Of a DNA stretch of 64,000 nt, positions 39,729 to 48,455 are shown piece after piece (position 1 is the first letter of the stretch; every line of letters begins with the position of its first letter). The notes beneath the pieces were generated by a model. The model was not told where the DNA came from. It made no database searches and was given only the letters and a program-made list of their open reading frames with translations. The DNA is taken from NCBI GenBank assembly GCA_963767925.1, contig CAVYGB010000006.1, positions 32,001 through 96,000 of the forward strand. The letters run 5' to 3'. Made by a program: the position numbers and the translations under genes. Source of the stretch: an uncultured delta proteobacterium. GTDB lineage: Bacteria; Myxococcota_A; Polyangia; Fen-1088.

Positions 39729-40020
39729 CTGGCCAGCTCGATCAAGTCGGGGGCCAGCCGCTGCAGCAGCGCCGCCAGCGCCCGCCGATCCCCGAAGCGG
39801 CGATAGTCCGCGTTGCCCGGCAGCAGGGGCCCGGCCACCCGGTGCAGGGTCGCCGAGGTGCGCTCGAACGGCTCGCTGCCGCTGTCCGCCCCGGGCACGA
39901 CGAAGTGGCACTCGACCCCCAGCCGGGGCAGGTGGGTGGCCTTGGCCCGGTAGTAACGCTTGATGCCCCCCGCGGTGGCGGAGAAGAAGCTGGTGATGTC
40001 GACGACCTTCAGGACGTCAC
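39728..40020 (-). pseudogene. 5' fragment of a GT4-type glycosyltransferase
   Basis: LKVVDITSFFSATAGGIKRYYRAK..HFVVPG..LAPDLIELAS, then similarity ends at the MMPL junction. Confidence 0.65.
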
Positions 40021-40148
40021 GCTCGGGGCCGGGCCATGGGCCGCTGATGATGATAGGGAGGCCCGGCGCCCGGGGCCACCCCGGCCAGGGCGCCGGGGTC
40101 TTCCTCGGCAGGCGCCCCCGCGCCCGGCCCTGCGGTAAAGTGCCGGCC

Positions 40149-41660
40149 ATGGCGACCTACTCGCGACGTTCGGTCCTGAAGGCGACGGCGGCTTCGACGG
40201 CGGCGGTGGCGATGCCGCGGCTGGCCCGGGCGGACGATCCGCTGGCCGCCCTCGAGCCAATCATCAAGAAGCAGCACGACGAGGGGGTGCAGCGGCTGCA
40301 GGGCTGGGTCAAGCAGCCCTCCATAGCCGCGGAGAACAAGGGGATGGCCGAGGGGTGCGAGCTGATGATGCGGCTGGCGCGCGAGGCCGGCTTCGGCACC
40401 GTCACCCGGGTGCCGACCGACGGGCAGCCCTCGGTGTTCGCGACCCTCGACGCGGGGGCGCCGCGCACGGTGGGCGTGTATTTCATGTACGACGTGAAGC
40501 AGGTCGACCCGGCGGAGTGGTCCTCGCCCCCCTGGGCAGCGGCGCTCCTCGACAAGCCGGGGTTCGGCAAGGTTCTCATGGGCCGCGGCGCGGTCAACCA
40601 GAAGGGGCCCCAGGCGGCCCTGCTGTCCGCCCTGCACGCCATCCGGGCGGCGGGGCGGAAGCCGCCGGTCAACCTGGTGCTGGTGGCGGAGGGGGAGGAG
40701 GAGATCGGCTCGCCCCACTTCGCGCAGGTGGTGCGACGGCCCGAGGTGCGCGCCGCCCTGAAGACGTGCAACGGCGTCTTCATGCCCACCGCCGCCCAGG
40801 ACCCCGACGGGTCGGTGACCGTCTCGCTCGGCGCCAAGGGGATCGTCGAGCTCGAGCTGGTGGCCAGCGGGCAGCGCTGGGGCCGAGGGCCGAAGAAGGA
40901 CGTCCACTCGAGCAACCGGGCCCGCCTCGACAGCCCCGCCTTCCACCTGGTGCAGGCGCTGGCTACCCTTGTCGACGCCAAGGGCGACCCCGCCATCGAC
41001 GGCTTCGCCACCGCCGCCCGCCCCGCCTCCGTCGCCCAGAAGGCCATGCTCGACGCGGCCGCCGCGCGCATGAAGGAGGCAACCGCCAAGCAGCTCCTCT
41101 CGGCCGATCGCTGGGCCCACGATCTGCCCTGGCGGGCCTCGCTCGAGCGCCTCCTGTTCGCGCCCACCGTGAACATCGAGGGGCTGGTGGCCGGCTACAC
41201 CGGCCCGGGCGGCAAGACCGTGTTGCCCCACCGGGCGGTGGCCAAGCTGGACCTGCGGCTGGTGCCCGACATGACCTTCGACAAGGCGGTGACCGCCCTG
41301 AAGGCCCACCTGGCCAAGCGGGGCTTCGGCGACATCGAGGTCAAGCCCAGCGGCGGCTACAACCCGACCGGCTCCTCGGCCGACTCGCCCCTCATCCGGG
41401 CCCAGGTCGCCCTCTACCGGCGCGCGGGGCTCGACCCGATCCTGTGGCCCCGCAACGCCGGCTCTTACCCCGGCTTCGTCTTCACCGAGCCGCCCCTCTC
41501 CCTGCCCGCCGGACACTTCGGCCTGGGCCACGGCAGCGGCGCCCACGCCCCCGACGAATATTACGTCATCGACTCCAGCAACCCGAAGGTGAGCGGCTGG
41601 GACGGCGCCGTCCGCTCCTTCGCCGCCTACCTCTACGAGCTAGCCACCGTCACCACCTGA
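40149..41660 (+). CDS. M20/M25/M40 family metallopeptidase, Tat-exported
   Basis: SRRSVLK Tat motif, YFMYDV, GRGAVNQKG, EGEEEIGS, AHAPDEY. Confidence 0.88.
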   Translation: MATYSRRSVLKATAASTAAVAMPRLARADDPLAALEPIIKKQHDEGVQRLQGWVKQPSIAAENKGMAEGCELMMRLAREAGFGTVTRVPTDGQPSVFATLDAGAPRTVGVYFMYDVKQVDPAEWSSPPWAAALLDKPGFGKVLMGRGAVNQKGPQAALLSALHAIRAAGRKPPVNLVLVAEGEEEIGSPHFAQVVRRPEVRAALKTCNGVFMPTAAQDPDGSVTVSLGAKGIVELELVASGQRWGRGPKKDVHSSNRARLDSPAFHLVQALATLVDAKGDPAIDGFATAARPASVAQKAMLDAAAARMKEATAKQLLSADRWAHDLPWRASLERLLFAPTVNIEGLVAGYTGPGGKTVLPHRAVAKLDLRLVPDMTFDKAVTALKAHLAKRGFGDIEVKPSGGYNPTGSSADSPLIRAQVALYRRAGLDPILWPRNAGSYPGFVFTEPPLSLPAGHFGLGHGSGAHAPDEYYVIDSSNPKVSGWDGAVRSFAAYLYELATVTT

Positions 41661-41722
41661 TCGCGCGCCCGTCCATCTCGCTCCCTCCCGGCGGCGGGGG
41701 GGCTGGCTCGATGGGTTGGGCG

Positions 41723-43768
41723 TCAGGGCTTCTCGCGTTCCCACTCGAGGAGGCCCCGGTCGAGGAGGAGGGGGAGGTCTTCGGTCAGCAGGAAGCGGTC
41801 GCGCACGAGGGCGAGGGCCTGGCGGGTGAAGGCGCCGAGGTAGCTGTCGCGGTCGGGGTAGCGCTCGGCGATCGAGCGGCGGGGGTCGCCGCGGGTCTGC
41901 CGGGCCTGGGCGGTGGGGGGCAGCGGCAGGAACGATCCGAGGAAGCTGACCCGGGCCCAGGGGGCGCCGAGGGTGGGCGCGCGGAGGTTCCAGCCGGTGT
42001 AGGTGGCCAGCGGCGCGAGCAGCTCGGGCAGGCGGACGCCGGCCAGATCGTTGCCGTCGGCGTCGACCTGGGGGACCAGGGTCGGGAAGGGGCGGCCCGC
42101 CAGCGGGGGGTGGCGCGTGACGAGCCCCTGCGCGAAGCGGGGGCCGAAGTCGGTGCGGAAGGCCCGGTGCACGTCGGCGGGTGGGACGGCGCCGGGGATG
42201 GCCGGGAAGGCCAGCTTCTCGCGGGGCACCAGGGTGCCGTCGGCGATGCGCGGGTAGCGGCTGGGCGGCGGGGAGGTGTCGTGCCGGACCCAGGCGTCGA
42301 GGGCGACGATGAGCGACCGCCAGAAGAAGGCCACCGGCAGCGGGCTCTGGGGGTGCAGGCTGGCCCGTTCGCCCTCCCCCGGCCGCGGCGGAAACGGCCC
42401 GCTGAAGTGCTGCAGGCCCGGGAAGGCGTAGACCCGGCTGCTGTCCGGCAAGGGCGCGTCGGCGGCGCCGTCGGGCGTTGTGTGGATCAGCGAGGCGGCG
42501 CGCGACCAGTATTCGTAGGAGGTATTTGTGTGGAAGATCTTCGGCGCCACCTTGCGGGCCACCGCCCGGTCGATGAGCCCCTCGGGGCGACCGCCCGCGG
42601 GATCGCGCAGGGGCAGATCCGCGAAGGGGTAGAGGTCGGTGGCGTAGAGGATCGCGTTCATCGGCTGGGCGTCGCGGGATGGCTGGGCGAAGCGGTGGTT
42701 GAAGTTGCCGCGCCCGGCCCCCGCCACGTGGGAGATCAGCCCGTCGAACACCTGCCGCCCGCCCTGGTCGGCGTTGAAGCCCTCGTGGAGAAAGTGCCGG
42801 AGGAACCGCCCGCTCTGGGAGATGCCCACCCCCAGCGCCCGGCGCACGCGCGGCAGGGGGGAGCGGTCGTGCTTGAGGTGCGAGACCAGGTCGCGCACCG
42901 CCACGAAGCCCAGCCCCGCCACCCGCGGCCCCTCGGCCAGGTAGATCACCTCGTAGATCTTCCCCGGCTGGAACCCGGCGGGCAGGTGCAGGGAGCGCCG
43001 GTCGGGCACCACGGCGCCGCCCGGTGTCGCCTCCCTGCCAAAGCGCCACTGCCCGCGTGAGATGGGCTGGCGGGCGCCGAGCGGCGTGTCGCGCACGGTG
43101 AGGAGGTTGTCCGCGCTGTCCGGGTCGGCCGCCTCGTACTCCAGGCCGCCGAGGGCGCCGCTGATCACGTGCCCCAGGGGATGATCGTGCGCCGGCGCGA
43201 CGACCGTGAAGTCGGAGCGCACCAGCCCGCGGATTGACTTGCCCCGCTCGGTCGCCACCGGCGCGGACAGGCGCAGGCGGTGGGGCTCGTCGCGGACGTC
43301 CCACTGCCAGCCGACCCAGGCCACGGTGAAGCCCCGGTTCATCAGGAAGCCGTCGCCGAAGTCCGCCTCCTTCTCCGGGTCGATGGCGCTGACCGCCCGG
43401 TTGGCGATGGCGAGGATGCCCTTGCCGCCCCGGTTGGGCACCTCCAGCAGGAGGGTGCCGTTGCCCCGGGCGGCATCGCGGGGGGCCAGCAGCACGACGT
43501 CCGCCCAGGCCTCCACCTCGCCGCGGGCATTGCGCGGGGCCAGCGCCAGATCGACGATGGCCCGGTTGGCGGGATCCTCCGGGCGGACCGCCAGGTGCAC
43601 GCGGCCCACGATCTTCTCGTAGGGGCCGACGCCCCCGAAGGCCTTGCCGCCCGCCACCACGTGCCGGTCGAGGATCTCGATCCGCTCGACCCGGGCCGCC
43701 GCCGGTGCGGCCAGCCCGCCGGCCAGGGCGGCGACCGCGAGGGAGACCGTCAGGGCGGGCCGGCGCAT
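41723..43768 (-). CDS. Secreted alpha/beta hydrolase domain protein
   Basis: Signal peptide, EVPNRG, VGWQWD, GISQSGRFL nucleophile elbow, VDADGND, YTGWN. Confidence 0.8.
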   Translation of the reverse strand: MRRPALTVSLAVAALAGGLAAPAAARVERIEILDRHVVAGGKAFGGVGPYEKIVGRVHLAVRPEDPANRAIVDLALAPRNARGEVEAWADVVLLAPRDAARGNGTLLLEVPNRGGKGILAIANRAVSAIDPEKEADFGDGFLMNRGFTVAWVGWQWDVRDEPHRLRLSAPVATERGKSIRGLVRSDFTVVAPAHDHPLGHVISGALGGLEYEAADPDSADNLLTVRDTPLGARQPISRGQWRFGREATPGGAVVPDRRSLHLPAGFQPGKIYEVIYLAEGPRVAGLGFVAVRDLVSHLKHDRSPLPRVRRALGVGISQSGRFLRHFLHEGFNADQGGRQVFDGLISHVAGAGRGNFNHRFAQPSRDAQPMNAILYATDLYPFADLPLRDPAGGRPEGLIDRAVARKVAPKIFHTNTSYEYWSRAASLIHTTPDGAADAPLPDSSRVYAFPGLQHFSGPFPPRPGEGERASLHPQSPLPVAFFWRSLIVALDAWVRHDTSPPPSRYPRIADGTLVPREKLAFPAIPGAVPPADVHRAFRTDFGPRFAQGLVTRHPPLAGRPFPTLVPQVDADGNDLAGVRLPELLAPLATYTGWNLRAPTLGAPWARVSFLGSFLPLPPTAQARQTRGDPRRSIAERYPDRDSYLGAFTRQALALVRDRFLLTEDLPLLLDRGLLEWEREKP

Positions 43769-43769
43769 G

Positions 43770-45371
43770 TCAGCGCGGCGTGGGCGCGGGGGCCAGCGGT
43801 CCGAAGACGTGCAGGCCGCGCCCCTCGGGCGCGGTCTCGGCGGTGCCGAACACGACCGCGTCGCTGGCCCGGCCGACCACCGAGACGTTGTCCCGGTCCA
43901 CCTCGGACAGGATCACCTTGCCAGCGACGTCGGCCGGGCGCCCGTCGAAGTCGGCCAGGTGCAGGAAGGTCAGCACGCGCGAGTCGCGAGCCACCGCCCG
44001 GCCCACCACCAGCCCGCGGGGGCCGCTGGCCACCAGGTACTGCAGGCCCCGCCCCAGGACCTGGACCCCGCCGCAGTCCTCCGGCCGGGCCACGAAGGTC
44101 AAGCTGCCCGCTTCGTCCTGCGGGTCGGGCTCGCTCCAGTGGACGAGGCCCAGGTTGGCGATCACCGTCGCGGTGTAGGCGATGGTCTCGGGGCTGCTCG
44201 ACAGCCGGCAGGAGGTCCCCCGCTCGTTGTCGCCGATGAGCCCCCGCTCGCCCGCGTCGTCGACCTGCAGGACGTAGGTGAAGCGACCGTCGCCGAGCGG
44301 GTACCAGGCGTGGGCGCCGGGCGCGAGGGTGAAGCGCCCCTCGGGCTGGCGGCGATCCTTGACCACGTTGAGCACCCCCTCGAGGCCGCGCAGCTCGGTG
44401 ACGAAGGTGACCCCCTCGCCCGCCAGCGGCTCGAACCCGGCCACGCCCTTGGCCAGCTCGCCGGTCAGAGTGCCGGAGGGGAAGTCGGCCGCCCAGAGAG
44501 GGCCCTCGCCGCGATCCCGCGAGCCGCCCCGCAGGAAGAACACCGCCTGCCCGTCGGCCGAGAAGGTCCAGTACCAGCCGTCCTCGACGACGGTGCGGGC
44601 GCTGGCCCGCCCCAGCTCGGCCACCGGCACGGCTCGCAGCGCCTCGGCCACCTCCCCCTCGCGCCAGCTCGAATACACGAACTGCCTCTCGTCGCGCGAG
44701 AACTGGGCCGACCAGGAGAGGCCCCCGCCCCGCTCGGGGGCGATGCGCTCGATCAGCGGCAGCAGGCTGTCGTCGCGATCGACGAGCGGCCCGGCCCGCA
44801 GGTCGAACTCGAGCGGATCGTCGTCGACCCCGTCGATGCAGAAGGCGTAGCGGCCGCTGGGGCTGCCCACGCACTGCACACCGCGCGCGGTCGAGAGCTT
44901 GCGGGGGCCGGCCCAGCCCGGTCGCCAGGCCCAGACGAAGCCCTCGTAGCGGTCGCGGTTGGCCTCGGGGTGCTCCTCGGCGAGGAAAAACAGCGTGTCC
45001 CCCTCGAACCGATGGGCCTCCGGGTGCGACATGCTGCCGATGCGCAGCTCCGTGAACAGGCGGTCGGTCATGCGCAGGCAGCCGGAGCTGCGGCCGTCGC
45101 AGGCCACCGCCTCACCGCCCATGACCCGGGTGACGTCGATGACCCAGAGCTCGGTGCGGAGGGCGTCTTCGGGGGTCGGCCGATAAAAGGCGCAGTAGCG
45201 GTGTCCGTTCGGCTCCGTCGGGTCGCCCTGGCTGCAGGCGCCGCTGCCGCTCCAGCCTGCCAGCCGGGCGGGGCCAGGCACCAGGAGCCGCAGCTCCGGC
45301 GGGGCCGCCAGGTCCCCCTCGCAGGCCGCCACCAACCCCAGCAACACCGAGTAGCGAAGCACCGCCCGCAT
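43770..45371 (-). CDS. Hypothetical lipoprotein, probable beta-propeller
   Basis: Lipobox VAAC; repeated FSRDE/FSADG-type blades; several Cys. Confidence 0.7.
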   Translation of the reverse strand: MRAVLRYSVLLGLVAACEGDLAAPPELRLLVPGPARLAGWSGSGACSQGDPTEPNGHRYCAFYRPTPEDALRTELWVIDVTRVMGGEAVACDGRSSGCLRMTDRLFTELRIGSMSHPEAHRFEGDTLFFLAEEHPEANRDRYEGFVWAWRPGWAGPRKLSTARGVQCVGSPSGRYAFCIDGVDDDPLEFDLRAGPLVDRDDSLLPLIERIAPERGGGLSWSAQFSRDERQFVYSSWREGEVAEALRAVPVAELGRASARTVVEDGWYWTFSADGQAVFFLRGGSRDRGEGPLWAADFPSGTLTGELAKGVAGFEPLAGEGVTFVTELRGLEGVLNVVKDRRQPEGRFTLAPGAHAWYPLGDGRFTYVLQVDDAGERGLIGDNERGTSCRLSSSPETIAYTATVIANLGLVHWSEPDPQDEAGSLTFVARPEDCGGVQVLGRGLQYLVASGPRGLVVGRAVARDSRVLTFLHLADFDGRPADVAGKVILSEVDRDNVSVVGRASDAVVFGTAETAPEGRGLHVFGPLAPAPTPR

Positions 45372-45524
45372 ATGCCGAGCAGCAGAGCACGCTGACGCGG
45401 GACGATCAAGCACGACAGGGAGCAGCAGAGACGCCGAGCTCGGATGGCCCTGGAATCCCAGGTCCGTCCGATCTCGGCGGCTCCGTTGCTCCCTGCGAAT
45501 GTGCGCGTCGGGACGGCACCGGTC

Positions 45525-46187
45525 CTACCGGGCGATGAGCGTCCGGCTGTGGTTCATGCCGGCCAGACCGGCCTTGATCCCGCTGCGCACCACCAGGCCG
45601 GACTTGTTGTGGTTCATCCCGGCCAGACCGGCCTTGATCCCGCTGCGCACCACCAGCCCGGACTTGTTGTGGTTCATCCCGGCCAGACCGGCCTTGATCC
45701 CGCTGCGTACCACCAGCCCGGACTTGTTGTGGTTCATCCCGGCCAGACCGGCCTTGATCCCGCTGCGCACCACCAGCCCGGACTTGTTGTGGTTCATCCC
45801 GGCCAGGCCGGCCTTGATCCCGCTGCGCACCACCAGCCCGGACTTGTTGTGGTTCATCCCGGCCAGGCCGGCCTTGATCCCGCTGCGCACCACCAGCCCG
45901 GACTTGTTGTGGTTCATCCCGGCCAGGCCGGCCTTGATCCCGCTGCGCACCACCAGCCCGGACTTGTTGTGGTTCATCCCGGCCAGGCCGGCCTTGATCC
46001 CGCTGCGCACCACCAGCCCGGACTTGTTGTGGTTCATCCCGGCCAGGCCGGCCTTGATCCCGCTGCGCACCACCAGCCCGGACTTGTTGTGGTTCATCCC
46101 GGCCAGGCCGGCCTTGATCCCGCTGCGCACCACCAGCCCGGACTTGTTCTCGACCTTGGTGTTGATGGCGGACTTGATGGTCTTCAT
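45525..46187 (-). CDS. Tandem-repeat peptide (candidate multi-core precursor): 14-aa leader + 10 x KSGLVVRSGIKAGLAGMNH(N/S) + RTLIAR
   Basis: GAAAGGT RBS before ATG 46187; inter-repeat nucleotide differences are all synonymous in this frame only. Confidence 0.85.
   Translation of the reverse strand: MKTIKSAINTKVENKSGLVVRSGIKAGLAGMNHNKSGLVVRSGIKAGLAGMNHNKSGLVVRSGIKAGLAGMNHNKSGLVVRSGIKAGLAGMNHNKSGLVVRSGIKAGLAGMNHNKSGLVVRSGIKAGLAGMNHNKSGLVVRSGIKAGLAGMNHNKSGLVVRSGIKAGLAGMNHNKSGLVVRSGIKAGLAGMNHNKSGLVVRSGIKAGLAGMNHSRTLIAR
45548..46148. repeat. Tandem array of 10 x 60-bp coding repeats
   Basis: Consecutive 60-nt lines 45541-46140 are nearly identical. Confidence 0.97.
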
Positions 46188-46254
46188 AGCTGTGTACCTT
46201 TCTCTCGGAGTTTTCTTCGTTCCCGGCCCGACTGACCGGACGAATCTCAGAGAT

Positions 46255-46270
46255 TGCAGGGATGGTGCCA
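46255..46270 (-). promoter_or_regulatory. Sigma54 (-24/-12) promoter TGGCACCATCCCTGCA for the repeat-peptide gene
   Basis: TGGCAC-N6-TGCA with exact GG-N10-GC spacing, about 70 nt upstream of the ATG. Confidence 0.6.
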
Positions 46271-46380
46271 GGTCGCCCGGGGGCGCTCCCGGGGCCGATG
46301 AGGGCGAGATCACGGGGCCTCGGGCCGCCCGCTGCCCCGTGGATCAGCCCCGCGACCCGGTTTCAAGCCCGCCAACCACA

Positions 46381-46400
46381 GTGACTCGCGCGCGAGTCAC
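46381..46400. promoter_or_regulatory. Perfect 20-bp palindrome GTGACTCGCGCGCGAGTCAC (possible enhancer site or hairpin)
   Basis: Self-complementary; 110-130 nt upstream of the -24 box and directly after the radical SAM stop. Confidence 0.45.
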
Positions 46401-46409
46401 GTGATTCGA

Positions 46410-48350
46410 CTAGCTGCCAGCCAGGGCGCGTCGGATGAGGTCGGGAGCGACGCGGGCGGCGGGGATGGCCCGGCGCCGATCCCGGTCGAACCAGCTCCGC
46501 ACGTCCCGGTCCAGCCCGACGCCGTGCATGTAATTGTAGAGCGCCTTGCGCAGGCCCGGACCCAGCCGCTCGTGGTCGCAGCCGGTGGGGTCGTCGAAGG
46601 GGACCTCGTTGCGGGCGAAGGTGGCGGGCGCCTCCGGGCGCAGGCGGATCCCGAACAGGTCGGGCCGCTGCCCGATCGGGCTGTGGGCGGTCGCCGCGAA
46701 GCGGTGCCAGAACCCCGACTGGATGCATCCTTCGGCGAAGAGCTGACGCACGCGTTCGAGGGCGTCGACCGTCTCCTGCTCGGTCTCGCTGGGGAAGCCG
46801 TACATGAGATAGGCGTGCACGAGCACCCCGGCATCGCTGAAGGCCCGCGCCACCCGCGCCACCTGGGCCACCGTGACGCCCTTCTTCATGAGGTCGAGCA
46901 GCCGGTCCGAGGCAACCTCGAGCCCGCCGCTCACCGCCACGCAGCCCGAGCGGGCCAGCAGCTCGACCAGGCCCGGGGTGAAGCTCTTCTCGAAGCGGAT
47001 GTTCCCCCACCACGTGATGGCGAGCTGGCGATCGATCAGGCGCTGGGCCAGCGCGCGCAGAGCCGCCGGGGGGGCCGCCTCGTCGACGAAGTGAAACCCG
47101 GTCTGCCCGGTCTCGCGCACCAGCGCCTCGATGCGGTCGACGGTGACCTCGGCCGAGGCGGCCTCGTAGCGGGAGATGTAGTCGAGGGTGACGTCGCAGA
47201 AGGTGCACTTCTTCCAGTAGCAGCCGCGGGCCACCGTCAGCTTGTTCCAGCGCCCGTCCGACCAGAGGCGGTGCATGGGGTTGAGCATCTCGAAGAGCGA
47301 CACGTAGCTGCCCAGGGGGAGGCCGTCGTAGGTCGGCGTGCCGGTCTCGGCGTGGTGCAGATCGGAGAGCCCCTCGCTCGTCGCCAGCACCACCGCCCCC
47401 TCCCGGCGGACGAAGGTGCGCAGCAGCGGCCGGGCGGGATCGCGCAGGTGATCGATCAGGGCCAGCAGCGGCCGCTCGCCGTCGTCGAGGGTGAGGAAGT
47501 CGCAGGCCTCGAACACGCGGGGCTCGGCGAGCTGGCGCAGCTCCGTGTTGACGTAGCCACCGCCCAGCGCGACCTGGGTGCCGGGGCGTTCGGCCTTGAC
47601 CACCCGGGCGATGCGCAGGGCCCCGTAGAGGTTTCCCGGGAAGGGGACGGTCAGCCCGAGCAGGTCGGGCGCCTGGCTGCACACCCGGTCGCGGGCCAGC
47701 CGGTCGAGCTCGGCGTCGACCAGGGTGGGCGGGCCTTGCAGGGCCTCGGCCAGGTCGTCGAAGCGGCTGGCGCTGGCGGCGAGCTTCTCGCCGTAGCGGG
47801 ACAGCTCGAAGCGGGGGTCGATCCCGTCGCGGATGACGTCGGCGATCTCGTCGACGAACAGGCTCGCCAGGTGGCGGGCACGGTCGGTGGTGCCGAGGTC
47901 GCCGAAGGCCCAGCCGAGCGGGTCGTCGCCGGACGGATCGGCGGGGAGGGCGGCGGCGAAGCGCGGCCCTTCCGGCAAGAAAGTGCGCCCCACGATGCGC
48001 ATCGCCAGGCTGGGATCCCGCCCCTGCAGGAAGGCGATGACCGGCTCGACGAGGGCCAGGTAACGCTCGGCCTGATCGAGGAAGAAGCCCACCGAGGGAG
48101 GCTCGTCCCGACGGCGGGCAGCCGCGCGGCCCCGGCCCGAGGGCGCAGCTCGCTGCCCCTCGAGCTGCGCCCGCACCTTGCCCAGCCCCTCCCGGGAGAA
48201 GAGCCGCAAGAACAGCTCGATCGAGAGGTCGGCCTGGGCGACCTCGACGCCGGCGGGGGCGTGTTTGCGCAGGCAGCCGGTCAGGTACGCCGTCGCCGGG
48301 TAGGGCGTATTCAACTGCGTCATCGGCGGCGTCACCAGGAGCACGCGCAT
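46410..48350 (-). CDS. B12-binding-domain-type radical SAM protein
   Basis: N-terminal VTPPMTQLNTPYPATAYL, ALGGGY, cluster motif RGCYWKKCTFCD, FVDEA, SGGLE, YLMYGFP. Confidence 0.88.
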   Translation of the reverse strand: MRVLLVTPPMTQLNTPYPATAYLTGCLRKHAPAGVEVAQADLSIELFLRLFSREGLGKVRAQLEGQRAAPSGRGRAAARRRDEPPSVGFFLDQAERYLALVEPVIAFLQGRDPSLAMRIVGRTFLPEGPRFAAALPADPSGDDPLGWAFGDLGTTDRARHLASLFVDEIADVIRDGIDPRFELSRYGEKLAASASRFDDLAEALQGPPTLVDAELDRLARDRVCSQAPDLLGLTVPFPGNLYGALRIARVVKAERPGTQVALGGGYVNTELRQLAEPRVFEACDFLTLDDGERPLLALIDHLRDPARPLLRTFVRREGAVVLATSEGLSDLHHAETGTPTYDGLPLGSYVSLFEMLNPMHRLWSDGRWNKLTVARGCYWKKCTFCDVTLDYISRYEAASAEVTVDRIEALVRETGQTGFHFVDEAAPPAALRALAQRLIDRQLAITWWGNIRFEKSFTPGLVELLARSGCVAVSGGLEVASDRLLDLMKKGVTVAQVARVARAFSDAGVLVHAYLMYGFPSETEQETVDALERVRQLFAEGCIQSGFWHRFAATAHSPIGQRPDLFGIRLRPEAPATFARNEVPFDDPTGCDHERLGPGLRKALYNYMHGVGLDRDVRSWFDRDRRRAIPAARVAPDLIRRALAGS

Positions 48351-48455
48351 GCGCCGCCAGCATAGCGCCCTGGAGCGACCCGTCATCCTTGGGGGTTTTT
48401 TCCGACTGAAGCTGGAGCGCCGATCTGACGATGTCGACCCGCGGAGGACGCCCCC

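Noticed and set aside
45548..46148. CRISPR array
   Set aside because: The units are contiguous 60-bp repeats with no unique spacers, no cas genes are present, and variation is synonymous in a coding frame.
45444..46404. Plus-strand repeat ORFs (45444-46235 and 45499-46404)
   Set aside because: Inter-repeat differences change amino acids in these frames; the minus frame has an RBS, a promoter and only synonymous changes.
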